Shown here piece after piece: positions 1 through 13,200 of a stretch of DNA of 64,000 nt; position 1 is the stretch's first letter, and the number at the start of each line of letters is the position of its first letter. The stretch is from Mytilus edulis (taxonomy: Eukaryota), in assembly GCF_963676685.1 (NCBI RefSeq), contig NC_092346.1, positions 27,962,001 to 28,026,000 of the forward strand, written 5' to 3'. The position numbers were made by a program, and so were the translations under genes. The notes beneath the pieces were generated by a model that worked only from the letters and a program-made list of their open reading frames with translations, was not told where the DNA came from and did no database searches.

Positions 1-73
1 AGAATAACTGAAGTGCAACAAAAAAACAAAACGGCAATGCGACACACACAGAAACGAACTTGGTACAAAGTCA

Positions 74-3000
74 TCATTTAAAGATCCTTTGGATATCCAT
101 AACAATTACAAATATAACAGGAGCAATCAGTATAGCGACGCCGACAATACCAATATTTCTCGAAGACTTTCGCGGATCATATGCAGATGTTTTAGTGGCT
201 TTGTACGATTTTGTTTCCTTCCTGTTTATAGAAATTGCATTCCTCAACAACTCAAGTTTTTCATATAGTTCTTCAGCTGTCCAGACAGTGCTATTTATCT
301 GCAAACAGTTTGCACATGAGCACTCGGGACATCTATCTGCTACTGTTGGTGTTAGAGTGGATTTTAGCAAGCCGGTAGTTGATGGTAGAGTTGATTCCGT
401 TGTAATTTCTGTAGTCACAGATGGTGTGTAGCTTGTAGATGGCGAATTAGTAGCTGCCGTTGTGTCGGTTAAACACTCTGAAAATTAGACATTTGTTGTA
501 ACGTAGATCAAACCCTGCATAAACTGCAAATGTACAAATGGAACCCTAGTATTCTGATGGACAATGAATATTCTTAAATGATTTAATATTTTTTACCTTT
601 TATCTTTTTCAAAGAACATGTGTGGTGATGGAATGGATAAGTTCCACTTGGTTGATTATAATGAAGGTTGTTCCCGAACACTGAGATTATAATTTCAAAA
701 TTCAAATATACGCCAGCAATATACAAATGTTTATAAATTATTATTTTTATTTCATACCGTTTTTATATATAATCTTTGAATTACAGTTGTATGTCATTTG
801 GCTTTTAAGTAGGACAAATTAGTTGTATGCACCCTCCATATCACATGTGTACACCAACAATTGCTGTGTCTCAAATGTCTTTCGATTTTCTAACTTTGTT
901 TTGTTTATAAACAATTTATTTAAAAAAAAACAAGGGGTCCATTGCAACGTTTTTAGCTCAAAATATCTTTTAGAAGGAATATTCATGTTTAAAGAACGAC
1001 CATAATGCACCTTTTTTAAGTGAAAATATTGCTCCCTTAGATTGATTACTTTTGTTCACCAAAATGATGAAAGTAAAGTACTCTTTCCTCCATATGTACA
1101 TCAAAAACTTGTTTTTAAGTATATGTCCATTTGCCTTAAACTGAATGTCATATACTAAAAATATCAATGTCGTATCTATATAGAAAAAGAAAGATTATTA
1201 TGATTTAAAAAATAAGAAAACTATACAGCATACACAAAATAACGTTGGAGTATGCATAAAATTATATTTGTCTGACTTAACTGCTAAACTACATGCTAGT
1301 AATTGAAAGATTACATATACAACGGTATGAAATAAGAATAATAATTTATAAACATTTAGATATTTCTAGAAATAAATCTAACACATGCAATATTGTATCA
1401 CATAGCTTCAAAACTTGATTTGCTTTGCTTGTCAAAATTTTATTTTATTTATTGTGGCATTACAAAAAAACACTCACCGAATTTTGAATTTACCATTAGT
1501 AACACACTTGTGTCACGTGCAGAACAGGATCTGCTTACCATTTTGCACCTGATATCAACCCAATTTAACTGGGATTTGTTATGCACAGTCTTCAGGTTTC
1601 AATGCAAAAACAACTGTAGTAAACTGTTTTTCTGGGGTTTTTTCTTCGTTTTCCTTTTTTTGTCGTTCACTTTAAAAAAAAATATTATCCTTTTAGGGGT
1701 GTCAATTTACTGAAGCTAATATATGAATTTTCTCTCATGCAAATGCAATAACCCCATATTACTGATATCTTACCTATCTTATATACGCTCAAACTCCATG
1801 AACCTCCACACGTTTCACCTGGATTTCCACCACAGGCCATATTACAATCATCAGGGTCTCTTTGTACAAAACTGGCATTGTTAGTAACATTTGTACAAAA
1901 GCACTGGTACCAGGCCTGTAATAAATCGTCATGTTGATTTATAAGTAAACATATTAAACATTAGCATATGCGACTTTGGCTAAATGTATAGCTTTGCGTG
2001 TTTTATTTATTCTTCCACGAAATATTTTAGATTGAAATAAGTGAAATAGAAGGCAAATCATAAAGGTTAAAAAAAAGCATAGCATATAACTAAAACAGCA
2101 TAGTCTTGCTCAACTGTTTAGTTATTTTCGGTTATGTTTTATCTACAACGATTGGAAACTTGCCTTACAACATATTTAAGATGAAAACATACAAGTGTGA
2201 CATATAAATAAAGGCAACAGTAATATACTGCTGTTCGAAAGTCATAAATCCGGGCTACAAACTAAAACCGTGAGAAACACATTACCTATAAGTGGAAAAC
2301 AACGAAACAACATAAACACTAAAGTGCAACTAAAAACAAACGACAATATGTTACACACACAGAAACAAACTATAAGATAACAACTGCCATTTTCCTGACT
2401 CGGTACGTATCCTTGTCAGAACATATTTGACAATGCTTCTTTTTTTTTTTTAAATTATATAGTTTTAAGGTACGAAATATCTTCACATTCGTTTGAATGT
2501 CAAAAAGACTTAGTTTAAAGAGACGTTAGCTTCGAGATCTAAAATTGTTTTTTTTTTTGTTCAATCGTTAATGAAAGTGAAATAGTGAAAGAATGATTTG
2601 CTTTTAGGAGCCTGTTTCGTTCAATTTTTGTCAAAATAAGCTAGGAAAAATCGCCGATGAATTATTACGACCTCATCGAATCCGTACTTATGTGACCTTC
2701 TATTGAACCCCTTAGCTAGAGAATTGTTACGCATGAATTAAGCATGTTCGGTTATTTAAAGGACAAGAATCTCAAAATAGACAGTGAAACAACGGTTAAC
2801 CATTTGGTTAACTGATTCGATATACGAAAGCTTATCATTCTTATACAGGTAAAAACGATGAGTAACATTTATCTTTAACATATAATTATAAATCAAGAAG
2901 ACCTTGAAAATTCCAATTGCACACGTTCGCTATCTATCTATTTATATCGATATGTATGTTTAATTCGGGTTATACTAGTATGAATGTTGGCAGTCTCAGA

Positions 3001-3863
3001 TGTCATCTTGATGGGTAATTAGATCGCCTCTAGACTAAAATACACCCGGAACGTGATACAAACCATCGAGCCAATGAATGGTAAATTGTTTATTTTAGAC
3101 TTTTCATAATTTAAATATACGTTATAGTATGTTATAAATCTTGAATTTGAATTCAAATTGGTTAACATGAACTTTGCAGTTAATACCCCTTCAAACATAA
3201 TCGGCTTCATATTGTAAAACAGATAAATACTGATGGGTAGATATAATGGAATGCCGTCCTCCACCTTTTTATAATAAACTCATATCTGTATAGTTTCTTG
3301 AAATAATGATGTTAAACGATAGATGTTAGTGAGATGTCCAATGTTGTAAGACTTCTTATTTTTGATGTTGTTTTAAGCTACAATAGGCATTTGTTTATGC
3401 TAGTATGTTAGGAAGGTTTTTTACGTAATGATTCCATATGTTTTCTGTAGTTACCTTATTAGACTATAAACTCAAATAAGACTCTTATAATGATCTCTTA
3501 ATAAATTTAAAGTCAAAACCAATCTTTATTGGTGTAGATCAGGCCATGTTACAAATAATATCAACATTACGGGAATTGCCTTTGTGTGATCCGATTGGTA
3601 AACAATATGTATCAAGCTCTTCCATTAGCCAATCGGAAGTATAAAAGCAAAAACAACAGAACCAACTGATTGCTGTGTGGACAAAGAATTGGAAGTTAAA
3701 AATAGTCTTTTAACACATACCTGAGTTCCCATGTAAGTAGCGTCATTCAAAAATGAACAGCAATGTGATTCACATAAATCATTGGTCATATAGGAGAGGT
3801 CAAGTTTTCCGTATGGTAAGGTTCTTGTCGCTTGGTCATAATAACATCCCATGTACTGTTTTC
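74..3863 (-). CDS. WSC-domain single-pass membrane protein, paralog 1 (three coding exons found; N-terminal exon not located)
   Basis: Exons 3863-3721 (GKQYMGCYYDQATRTLPYGKLDLSYMTNDLCESHCCSFLNDATYMGTQ), 1915-1774 (AWYQCFCTNVTNNASFVQRDPDDCNMACGGNPGETCGGSWSLSVYKI) and 477-74 (Ser/Thr-rich stalk, CSCANC, helical segment, hydrophobic IGIVGVAILIAPVIFVIVMD, stop). All junctions are GT-AG with compatible phases 1/0/1. The YxGCY, CFC, CxGxxxExCGG and VY motifs fit the WSC domain. Exon structure matches paralog 2. Confidence 0.9.
2516..2930. mobile_element. Old non-autonomous DNA transposon remnant in WSC-1 intron (Kolobok-like ttaaAG start)
   Basis: Begins ttaaagagacgttagcttcgagat. A homologous block lies in the same intron of paralog 2 (about 55089-55483). 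Right end not clearly recognisable. Confidence 0.45.
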
Positions 3864-4689
3864 CTGTAAGTATTATGACAATAGTTAACCCTTGGTACAA
3901 ATCACGTATACCGATTAAGAATTGATAGTTCATGGTTACCAACAAAAATGAGGAAATTTTATTAGCTCCGAAAGAAGCGAAAACAAGTGTGTCGGCAGAG
4001 TAAGCGTTTACACCTATGCAGAAATATCCACCCTCAATCAAAATGTCACAATTAGACAAGTGATATTTTTCAAAACGGTAAGGACTTTAATGCACCAACC
4101 TAACACATAGCTATATTATATACCATTCGAAAGCTTATTATCTGTTCTTTTTTCATTGTCCGGTCGTAAAAGCATCGTTAGTGAAACTTTCGTTTAATCA
4201 AGGTCAAAGGTCAAAAATAAAGATTTAAAAATTTTGCAATAATTAAACAAATTGTCCTTTTCTAGTTCTTCTACGATGAAATTTTCCACAAAGATTATCT
4301 GAGCCTTAGAATCAGAATACAGTTCTTCCAAATAAAAAACAAACAGTATGAGGTTACTAGGATATGTGCAATATTCAAGAAATATTGCACATATCCTAGT
4401 CAATGGCAAAATCAAAAGCTCAAAAGAATGGATAACAACTGTCATATTCCTGACTTGGTACAGGCATTTTCGTATGCAGAAAATTGTGGATTAAACCTGG
4501 TTTTTAATTTAGCTAAACCTTTCACTTGTATGACAGTCGCATTACGTTTTTCCCATTTTCAGATGATTTTGAAGAATAATATAGGAAACCTGCACTTCGA
4601 TTGGTCGATTCTCCATCGATCATCATTGTCAAATATCGAAGTCAAGCAATAAGGTAGAATGAACTGTCTTTTATGGTAGCCGGATGCGT

Positions 4690-4867
4690 TCATTTCGCCT
4701 TTTCGCTTTTTCGTGTTTTCTCCTTTCACTTTGCATACGCGAAATCGGGAAATCGAGAAATTGAGAAAGCAAAAACGCGAATACACGAAAGCAAAAACAC
4801 GACAGCGAAAACACGAAATGAATTTTTCGATTTCGCGTTTTCGCTTTCTCGCTTTCTCGATTTCTCG
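4690..4867. repeat. Fold-back cluster of 7-8 nt tttcg/cgaaa motifs
   Basis: tttcgc-type motifs, then gcgaaa/cgagaaa motifs, then tttctcg motifs again, in alternating orientation. Confidence 0.6.
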
Positions 4868-5262
4868 CCCACCAAAAGGTCTTCAACACAGCGAAAAAAG
4901 CCCACATCTGGAGGTGGACTTTCAGTTGGTCCCTAAACTCAAAATTTTACTAATTTAATAAAGTTTAAAAGACGTTAGAGTACGATATCAGAATAGGTAA
5001 CAAAAGCAACTAATTAATTGTTTAAGCAAAATGACAATGATAAACTAAACAAAAAAGGACTACTGGCAGTTACGGACATGGTGAGGGTTTTATAAACTTA
5101 CAAATACAAATACTACGCGAAAGAGGTAGGGCAGGGGAAATTTACAAAAGGTTCTTTTTAGCGTACGATTGTGCGTGACATTCCCTCAATACATTTGGGT
5201 CTGCAGACAAACTCTCTTCATTAAAATATTATAATCGAGGCACTCATGGGAGAAACAACGTA

Positions 5263-5412
5263 TAGGCCTAGGACCATTACACTTCGGCGTAGACAATCGC
5301 ACTTCAGCGGGACCATCGCACTTCGGCGTAGACCATCGCACTTCAGCGGGACCATCGCACTTCAGCGGGACCATCGCACTTCAGCGTCCTCATCGCACCT
5401 CCGAGTCCTACA
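5263..5412. repeat. Subterminal 19-20 bp tandem repeats (gaccatcgcacttc...) and right end of a TIR element
   Basis: Ends ccgagtcctaca, the reverse complement of tgtaggactcgg at 14799-14810. Duplicate copy at 15720-15850. Confidence 0.75.
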
Positions 5413-6365
5413 AACGTTAGAGACAGAAATTTATATATTACTGAAAATGTATTACACCAGGGTTTTCGATATCACTAACTAGTGAAAACATTTACTAAAT
5501 TTTATCATCAGTACAAGGACATCATTCGTATATATAACACAATATGCAGACATCTTATACGTTCAGGTATTTCACATCCAATCTTTTACGGTTATATACT
5601 TTACAAGGCACAAAAATGTCAGTATTCACCTCAAAGGCTAACAAAACATTCAAACAAACTGATTAAGAACGGATATAATTACGATACTGTTATTAGTCGG
5701 TAAAGATAGCATATTTTGACTTTAATATTGATTCACTAATAGGGTCTTTGCATCGGAAATAAGCACATTTATTTTAAAACCAGTGTTAGCATGGTACGGG
5801 TCATGTTCTTCTCATATATCTTATATGATGGTATAATACTAAACCCCTAACGGTAGGGATTGTGCCTGATATTCATATGAAGAAGATATAATCTTTCAAT
5901 CAGTTTTATTGAGGTCTGGAGCTTGCATGTCAGTAACTGCTAGTAGTCTGTTGTTATTCATGTATTATTGTCATTTTGTTTATTTTCTTTTGTTACCTCT
6001 TCTGACATCGGACTCGAACTTCTCTTAAACTGAGTTTTACTGTGAGTTTTGTTGTACGTTTGTTTTTACTACATTGGCTAGAGGTATAGGGGGAGTGTTG
6101 AGATCTAAAAAAACATGTTTAACCCCGCTGCATTTTTGCGCTTGTCCCAAGTGAGGAGCCTCTGGCCTTTGTTAGTCTTGAATGATTTTTTAAGTTTAGT
6201 TTCTTGACTATGATTGGGAGTTTAGAATGACGTCCATTATCACTGAACTAGTATACATATTTGTTTAGGGGCCAACTGAAGGACGCCTCCGGGTGCAGGA
6301 GTTTCTTGCTGCATTGAGGACACATAGGTGCTCTATGGTCGGGTGTTGTCTCTTTGACACATTCC
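5413..6365 (+). mobile_element. Penelope-like retroelement 3' fragment (RT C-terminus plus tail), degenerate
   Basis: Encodes KTFTKFYHQYKDIIRIYNTICRHLIRSGISHPIFYG. The duplicate at 15851 continues the KRDDFSF-type RT thumb region seen at 14620-14798. Confidence 0.7.
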
Positions 6366-6659
6366 CCTTTACGAACAATTAAACTTACTTGATAACTTGA
6401 GTATAACTAGTTTTGAGATGCAATATTTTTTTCTATCTGTATGACTTATTTTACCGACTGGTTTCTATAAATCGAGCTTTCTCTAAAACTTCATAACGGT
6501 CGGACTGCATGATGTATTTCAATTGTTTGTTTCAATTTCCTGTTCTTTGGAAAAAAGAAATAATATCTGCCGTAAAAGATGTTCTGACTATTTTTCGCGT
6601 GCAAAATCTTTTTCTTTTGACACTGTACTAACTATGTAACTCTTTTAATTCAATATTAA

Positions 6660-7212
6660 GGGGGTTCGCGGGTCTAAATCATTTATATAGGATTTCTCTA
6701 TATTTTTCTATAAATTAACTTTATCTTATAGTTAATAGAAAAATAAAATAAAAAAGTGGGATCACCGTTCATTTGCGCTCACAATCTGCCTTCGAAAGAA
6801 GCATACATTTTTGTAAAGGTGTTTTTTTTCTGTTGAAGTAATAGGAGAAATAAAGGTAATATCGAAAAAAAAGAAAGAAATTTATTACAGAAATCGCTCA
6901 AATTTTACAATAATTTAGTTTAAGTACAGCTTATATGGAAATTATATTAAAAAATATAGGTCACCGATGAGTTAAATAAGATATTTCAATTTTAAAGCCA
7001 AAAAATGGCATTTTTCCACCAAAGGGAGATAATTTGGAACTTTTTCAATGATGTATACATTTTAAAAGTCATCTGGGGCCAACACAAATTGTTTGTTTTG
7101 AATGATTTCTGTACCATATAATAAGTAACAACTACAAAAGGTAACAAATAAAATTTGAAATGAAAAACAAATTTTTATTTTTTTTCTGAAATTTTTATAC
7201 CCTCGAGCCTCC
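6660..7212. mobile_element. Kolobok-type MITE, 553 bp
   Basis: TTAA duplication at 6656-6659 and 7213-7216. Imperfect TIRs GGGGGTTCGCGGGTCTAAA / TTTATACCCTCGAGCCTCC with RR..YY termini. Empty site caatattaagtctgtg (TTAA at 17116-17119) in duplication copy B. Confidence 0.85.
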
Positions 7213-8374
7213 TTAAGTCTGTGTATTTTAAAAAATTCGTACAAATCAAAACAAAATATTTTAATTGATAACACAATACAGCGCAGGTGTTTCCTTTCAT
7301 GTTATTAAAGCTAGAGTTTCGAATGAAAGAGTTGAAATCATCTCTTAATATATCTTACGGAGGCCTTTATTGAATATATATGTGTCTGAGATGACAACAG
7401 ATATATTTATCGTAACTACATTTTTTCCAATTTACTCGATTGTGGTATCGGCAAATGGCACTAATATACAGATTGCTATGTGCATAAGCAACATTGCCAG
7501 TCGTAAAGGTAATCGATGTTCGTGCAGCTTATCTTTAGGTGTGGTAATGTGAAGCATTATTGGTGTCGATTGTTGTTGGCTTTTTTTTACTGTTTGTTTA
7601 TGGTACTGTAAGTTTTTGTTCAACTTATATTTTTTTTTAATAGGCCGAAAAAGTAAAAAAGTCATTTCTTATCATTTTATTCTTAATTCCATTTCAAACC
7701 GGAGTAAATCATGAAAAAACGTTGATGACGACACGGTCACTTGACAAAATTATGTGTACCAGCTGATAAACAAAACAACGTCAGCCAATCAGAATACGTG
7801 TGCGTTTCCCTCAGTTTTAGTTTGTTACCCCGATTTTGTTTTTTCCATAGATTTACGAGTTTTGAACAGCGGCATAATTCTATTGCCTTTATTTATGTCC
7901 AAAATTTAATTATTTTTTAATAACACTTTGAAAAAGTACTAATGAAAAAAGTAAAATAACAAAAACACCGAACTCAAATGGAAAAAAATGAAAGCTCAAA
8001 CATATCAAACGAATGGAAACCTTCGAAATATAAGTGTTTGTTATTATTTTCACACAAAGTTTTATATATCATGCTTTTAAAATCCCCGAATCGTTTCTTT
8101 TTTAAGACAAATTATCATCATTTAAACCATGTGGAACTTAATACTTCGATTAGAGTATTACACAATTTTATCATTGTTTTAATCCATCATCTATGCATCT
8201 TTTTCATGGTTATAGTAATTGTAAATTTTTCGTAGAAATTACTATAAGACAATAATATTCAAAATCCTTCATATCCTGGTATGCCTTAAATAGAACCAAA
8301 AACACTTTAAAAGTCTCGAGAAATGTCTTCTTTTAACAATATAGTTATCAAAGGTACCAGGATTATAATTTAGT

Positions 8375-8418
8375 ACGCCATACACGCGTTTCGTCTACAT
8401 AAGACTCATCAGTGACGC
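8375..8418 (-). ncRNA. Minimal type I hammerhead ribozyme, core intact
   Basis: Minus strand reads GCGUCA CUGAUGA GUC-UUAUGUA-GAC GAAA C GCGU GUA UGGCGU: helix I GCGUCA/UGGCGU, CUGAUGA and GAAA core, GUA cleavage triplet. Confidence 0.8.
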
Positions 8419-9919
8419 TCATATCAAAATATTTAATAAGCCACACAAGTGCAAAGTTGAAGAGCATTGAGTATTCTAAACTCCAAAATATTGTGCCAAA
8501 TACGGCTGAGGTAATCTATGCCTGGGATAAGAACATCCTTAGTTTTACTCGATATATACAAAGTTTTGTAAACAGGAAATTTATAAAAATGACTACATTA
8601 TAGATATTCAATATTAACAAGGGTATCATGTTCAAAATAATCACAAATTATGTTATTAAAGCCTGTTGCAGCCAGAGGGACAAATATGTCAATAAGTTTA
8701 ATTGTTGTGTCCCTTTAGAATTAACATTCCGAAGATGGAACCGTGTTTTATTTTTTCAAATTGGTCCCCCAGGTTAAAGTATTAGAACGTGTCGTCATTT
8801 ATCGATTGGGCGTGTGTTACCTAACCTGACATCGGACTTGGACTTCTTTTGAACTGTGTTTTACTGTGCGCTTTGCTCTGTGTGTTTCTTTTTTCTACAC
8901 TGATCAGAGGTATAGGGGAGGGTTGAAATTTCACAAAACATGTTTACTCCAGCTACATTTTTGCGCCTCTCCCAAGTCCCTTTCTTAATTTGGTATATTC
9001 TTTTTCATTTAAGTTCATTATTTTTTTAGTTTTGTGTGACGTCCATTTTCACTGAACTAATACATAACTCTAATAAGGGAACAGCAAAGAACCAGCTCCT
9101 GGTGTGGGATATTCTCGCTGAATTGAAGACCCTTTAATTTGGTGGTCTTTAGCTGGTATCTTCTTTTTGGTCAGGTTATTGTTTCTTTGAAATATTTCTC
9201 ATTTCAATTCTAAATTTTATATAGAATTAATTGCAGCAAAATAATTTCTGTCTCCAAATGATTTGACTATTTTTTGTACTTTTCTCTCGCAAATATGTTC
9301 AAATTTCCATTAAATTTTATGATAAAATGTAAAATATGTTGTTTCTGTGTATTTTTTCGTTTTCTTTAGCAGTGCTATCCATCAAACACTGCTATTGCTA
9401 ACATATATATTTTCCTGTAGTATCGAGCAAATATTGGCCCTTGCATGTGCATTTTTACTTTTTTTTTCTTGTTCAACTCATTGGTCATCTTGTTGGTATC
9501 TCCAATGTCCAGTTATTTTCAATGTGCGTTCGATTTAATGACAAAGCTGTGAAGGGGGTTATGCGTTCAAATATATTTCTATTATGAAGTACTATATACG
9601 TTGAACCACAAACGTAAAAATCATTCAATCGCGTAGTGGAATCAACTGTTTTTGGATTCTTATAAATTCTATATATAACTTTTGGACTAGTTTAAATCTC
9701 GGTCTATTTCTGAAATTTATTCTTACATACTTTTGATTTTTTAACCCTTTATGCTAACATTGCCTATGTAAATTTTAAAATTCGAGTAGGGTCTTGAGGA
9801 AACGATGTTAGTCCGTCGATAAAAGTCTGACCCGTGTTAGGAGAGAGTCATATCTCTTGATATGGTTATATTTATAAATTAAATGTTTACAAAATTTTGA
9901 AAAAATAAAGTATAAGAAT

Positions 9920-10042
9920 TTTGCGAGAGAAAAGTACAAAAAATAGTCAAATCATTTGGAGACAGAAATTATTTTGCTGCAATTAATTCTATATAAAATT
10001 TAGAATTGAAATGAGAAATATTTCAAAGAAACAATAACCTGA
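9920..10042 (-). repeat. Exact 123-bp inverted copy of 9171-9293
   Basis: Reverse complement of tcaggttattg...ctctcgcaaa. Absent from duplication copy B. Confidence 0.9.
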
Positions 10043-10179
10043 TCACTGAAACACTGAGGCTTTTTTTTCCTCAGACATAGATTACCTTAGCTGTATTTTG
10101 CAAAACTTTCAGGAAATTTGGTTTTCAATGCTCTTCAACTTCGTACTTCATTTGGCTTTTTTAACTTTTTTGGATTCGA

Positions 10180-10222
10180 ACGTCACTGATGAGTCTTTGT
10201 AAACGAGACGCGCGTCTGGTGT
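10180..10222 (+). ncRNA. Degenerate hammerhead ribozyme copy
   Basis: ACGUCA CUGAUGA GUCUUUGUAAAC GAGA C GCGC GUC UGGUGU: GAAA is mutated to GAGA and helix II is mismatched. Confidence 0.65.
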
Positions 10223-13200
10223 ATATAAAAATTTAGTCCTGGTATCTATGATGAGTTTATTTGCAACTTAAAGACACCCTTGTAGATTTCGAAAAAGAGC
10301 AGACTAACTCCACTACAAGGAAGCACTCGCACCCGCAAATTGGAAAGGGATTAAAATAAGTTGCAAAACTTGTTTCCCAATCCACTATAAATAAATATGT
10401 TAAAAACTAAAAATAAATATAAGGAAGAAAGTGTATGAAAACAATTACGAAAATCCTTTAATAAAATTCAGAAAAAAATGTGTGTTTAGTTCATTTGTTA
10501 GAAAGGTTAAAAAAGATATCAATTTTGAAATAAAGCCAAAATGGAGCTACCAATGACAGAATAGTCGTAAATCATTAGATGTAGCCATGTCGATCAACAG
10601 GAATAATAGAATATTTCATAAATCACTTACCAATTCCATACACGGTCAGTTTATCTTGATGGTGAAGAACAAAAAGTAAAACAAGATACTTCAGTAGACC
10701 ATACATTTCTGTCTTATATGTAAGATAGATACATAACATATGCTTTGTACATGCTTCGGTCCTGCATGCAAAGGGTTTATCATGACTTTTCAAAATATTC
10801 TTTGCGCAATCAATTTTAAGCATGCCATTGGTTAATTGACAATAATGACATTGCTCTGTTTGCTTAATAAGAAACAATTACAAAAATAGAACATCTTTAG
10901 AGTTGGTTGCAACCTTCTTATCAACATGTCTTCAAACGAAAACACATGTTTCTGACACAGACGTCTACAATCAATTTTGTCTTTCAAATATTCAATTAAA
11001 TAAAATAACGATGCATTGTATACATAAACTGTTAAACTAATTCAGGTACATTTTACTTTTTAAAACTTTTGTTCTTATCATTGATTCTTGATTATAAGAA
11101 CCTAGTATGATTTGTTTATGCAACAAAACTCGTCTAGTAATTTCCAAACTTGACAAGCTGTGAAATTCTACCCTTTTAGACAACAAAAGAAGCTATGTTG
11201 GTTTTGTGAATATTACTTTTACTGTGTAATCGTTCTTTGGTAATCCATTTGACGTTGGTCCGTACTTATGCATCCCATCATTGTGTTATTATGTTTTAAG
11301 ATTTATATGTTTACGTATCTTCTGGGTCCCATGGGCCAGATGTACAAATATTACATTGACAAATATTATGATTATATTGTAAATATACACACTGTCACAA
11401 TAATACACAAAATCGTTTTCGTATTCGTATTCGTTATTACGCTATGATAAAGTTGTGTATTTTTGTATTTTATTATTATGAGTGTTCTTGTCTATTTGTC
11501 TTTTTGTCCTTCTTTGTTGATATATTTGTTTGTATAGTGATTAAGATTATCACACAACAGTTGCATAAAGTTCCATTATATTGACAACGATGTGTGAAGA
11601 AAACGGGAGTTTCTCGCTACATTTAAGACCCATTGGTGGCCTTCGGCTGTTGACTGCTCTATAGTTGGGTTGTTGTCGCTTTGATACATTTCCCATTTCC
11701 TTTCTCAGTTTAATTTTTATACATAATAGGTAAAAAAAAGTGTGGAAAATATATTTATATTAATAAAAGATAGTTGCATCCCATTATCTTGTACGAAGAT
11801 GAAATATGGTTTGAATAAAATTTTGGGGAAGGTTAAAGGGTTGAAGTATAGCATGGGACTTGGGATGGAGGGAGCTAGCTCCTGTTTTTATTATATAAAC
11901 TATTTTTTAAAACGACCAATCGTGTAGTACCGAGCTCATTTTAAAATTGTTCGGAACTGCACTTTTATTTTAACTAAATATGGTGTAGATTGACCCTCAG
12001 AAGGATGCACACCTTAAAAAAGGTCATGTTCCAATTGACGCTACCATTGTTTGCCTCTTTCTTCGAATGAGACCCTTCAAAAGCACGAAAATGTTGTAAA
12101 CCCTGAAAAATATCCTGGATTTCAAATTTGCTTTAAGTGTTTTGTGGTAGCACAAGAAGCATATATCGGTTTCTTTTTTTCTATTTAGTAAAATGTAGCT
12201 TCATGAAACGCATACAAAAGGTATAAGACCTTTTATTTCATTTATCCCCTGGTTTGACTAGGAATTTAAACATTAGAGAGAAAAGCAAGAGTGTTTTACA
12301 GGATTAAGAGTTTACAGTTATATGACATATATTTCGTAAATACTTCAATAGACAAACAATTCAAACGATGCACAGCACCTCTTGTGTTACTTGTTGGTCA
12401 TCATAATAACTTTACAACTTATACAGGTTTTGGTGATCAACCAAATGTAATTGCGCGCAACGGTTAGAATAGTATGACTTCAAGATTTTTCTTGGATCTA
12501 ATCTCACTGAATGCATCTGCACTATTTATTGATGAATTTCTAATTGATGACTCTTGCGTTTGTTTGGACTGTTTTCCTGTCACGTAGTATTTTAATTTTA
12601 GCGATATTTTTTAACATTGTCATATAAGCAGAACATTAAGCTAGCCATAAGCCATGTTCACCCAAGCATTTCTCTTGAAATGCCTGTTCGAGGAATATGG
12701 CAGTTGTTATCAAATAGTCCGTTTCTATGTATGTTTGCGTTTTTGTTTTTGTTGCAGTACAGTGTTTCTGTTATTCTGTTGTTTTCGTCTTATATTTGTT
12801 GTGCTTCCCTCAGTTTTAGCTTGTAACCCGGATTTTTTTTCTACAGCGATTGATGACTTTTTAACAGCTGTATTCTACTGTTGCCTTTATCTAAAGTACG
12901 TTACTGATGTATCAAAGGTAACTTTTTCTGTGTTCTTCTTTGTTTTAAAAATTTATAATCTTTATTTCAAGAATACAAATGGCTCTGAGAGTTTTGAACC
13001 ATGGGGAACTATGGTAGTCTCTACCTTCTTTTTTTATATTCAATTTGTCAATAACCAACTTTGTAATAACTAAAAATTAATAATTTTCTCATTACTGACA
13101 TAGACAGAAATAAAATGAATTCAGAACAATGTAGGAAATAGTATGCCGTACTAACAATAGGTGAAAATGAATATGAATGTTCCATCTGATTTTTTTATAT

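Larger units (their letters stand above)
4868..13083. repeat. Segmental direct duplication, copy A
   Basis: Collinear with 15090-22836, from ccaaaaggtcttcaacacagcga to aaaattaataa, with substitutions and copy-specific insertions. Confidence 0.92.

Noticed and set aside
60-431. Plus-strand ORFs 60-431 and 53259-53552
   Set aside because: Antisense shadows of the WSC terminal exons.
5186-5482. Repetitive ORFs (PKCDGPAEVRWST) and a CRISPR-like look, also at 15643-15831
   Set aside because: These are head-to-tail 19-20 bp repeats without unique spacers, belonging to a TIR element end. No cas genes, and the context is eukaryotic.
9789-9833. gggtc...gaccc hairpin containing GAAAC, GTC and CTGA (possible second ribozyme)
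   Set aside because: No CUGANGA and no valid helix I. Twister consensus is not met either.
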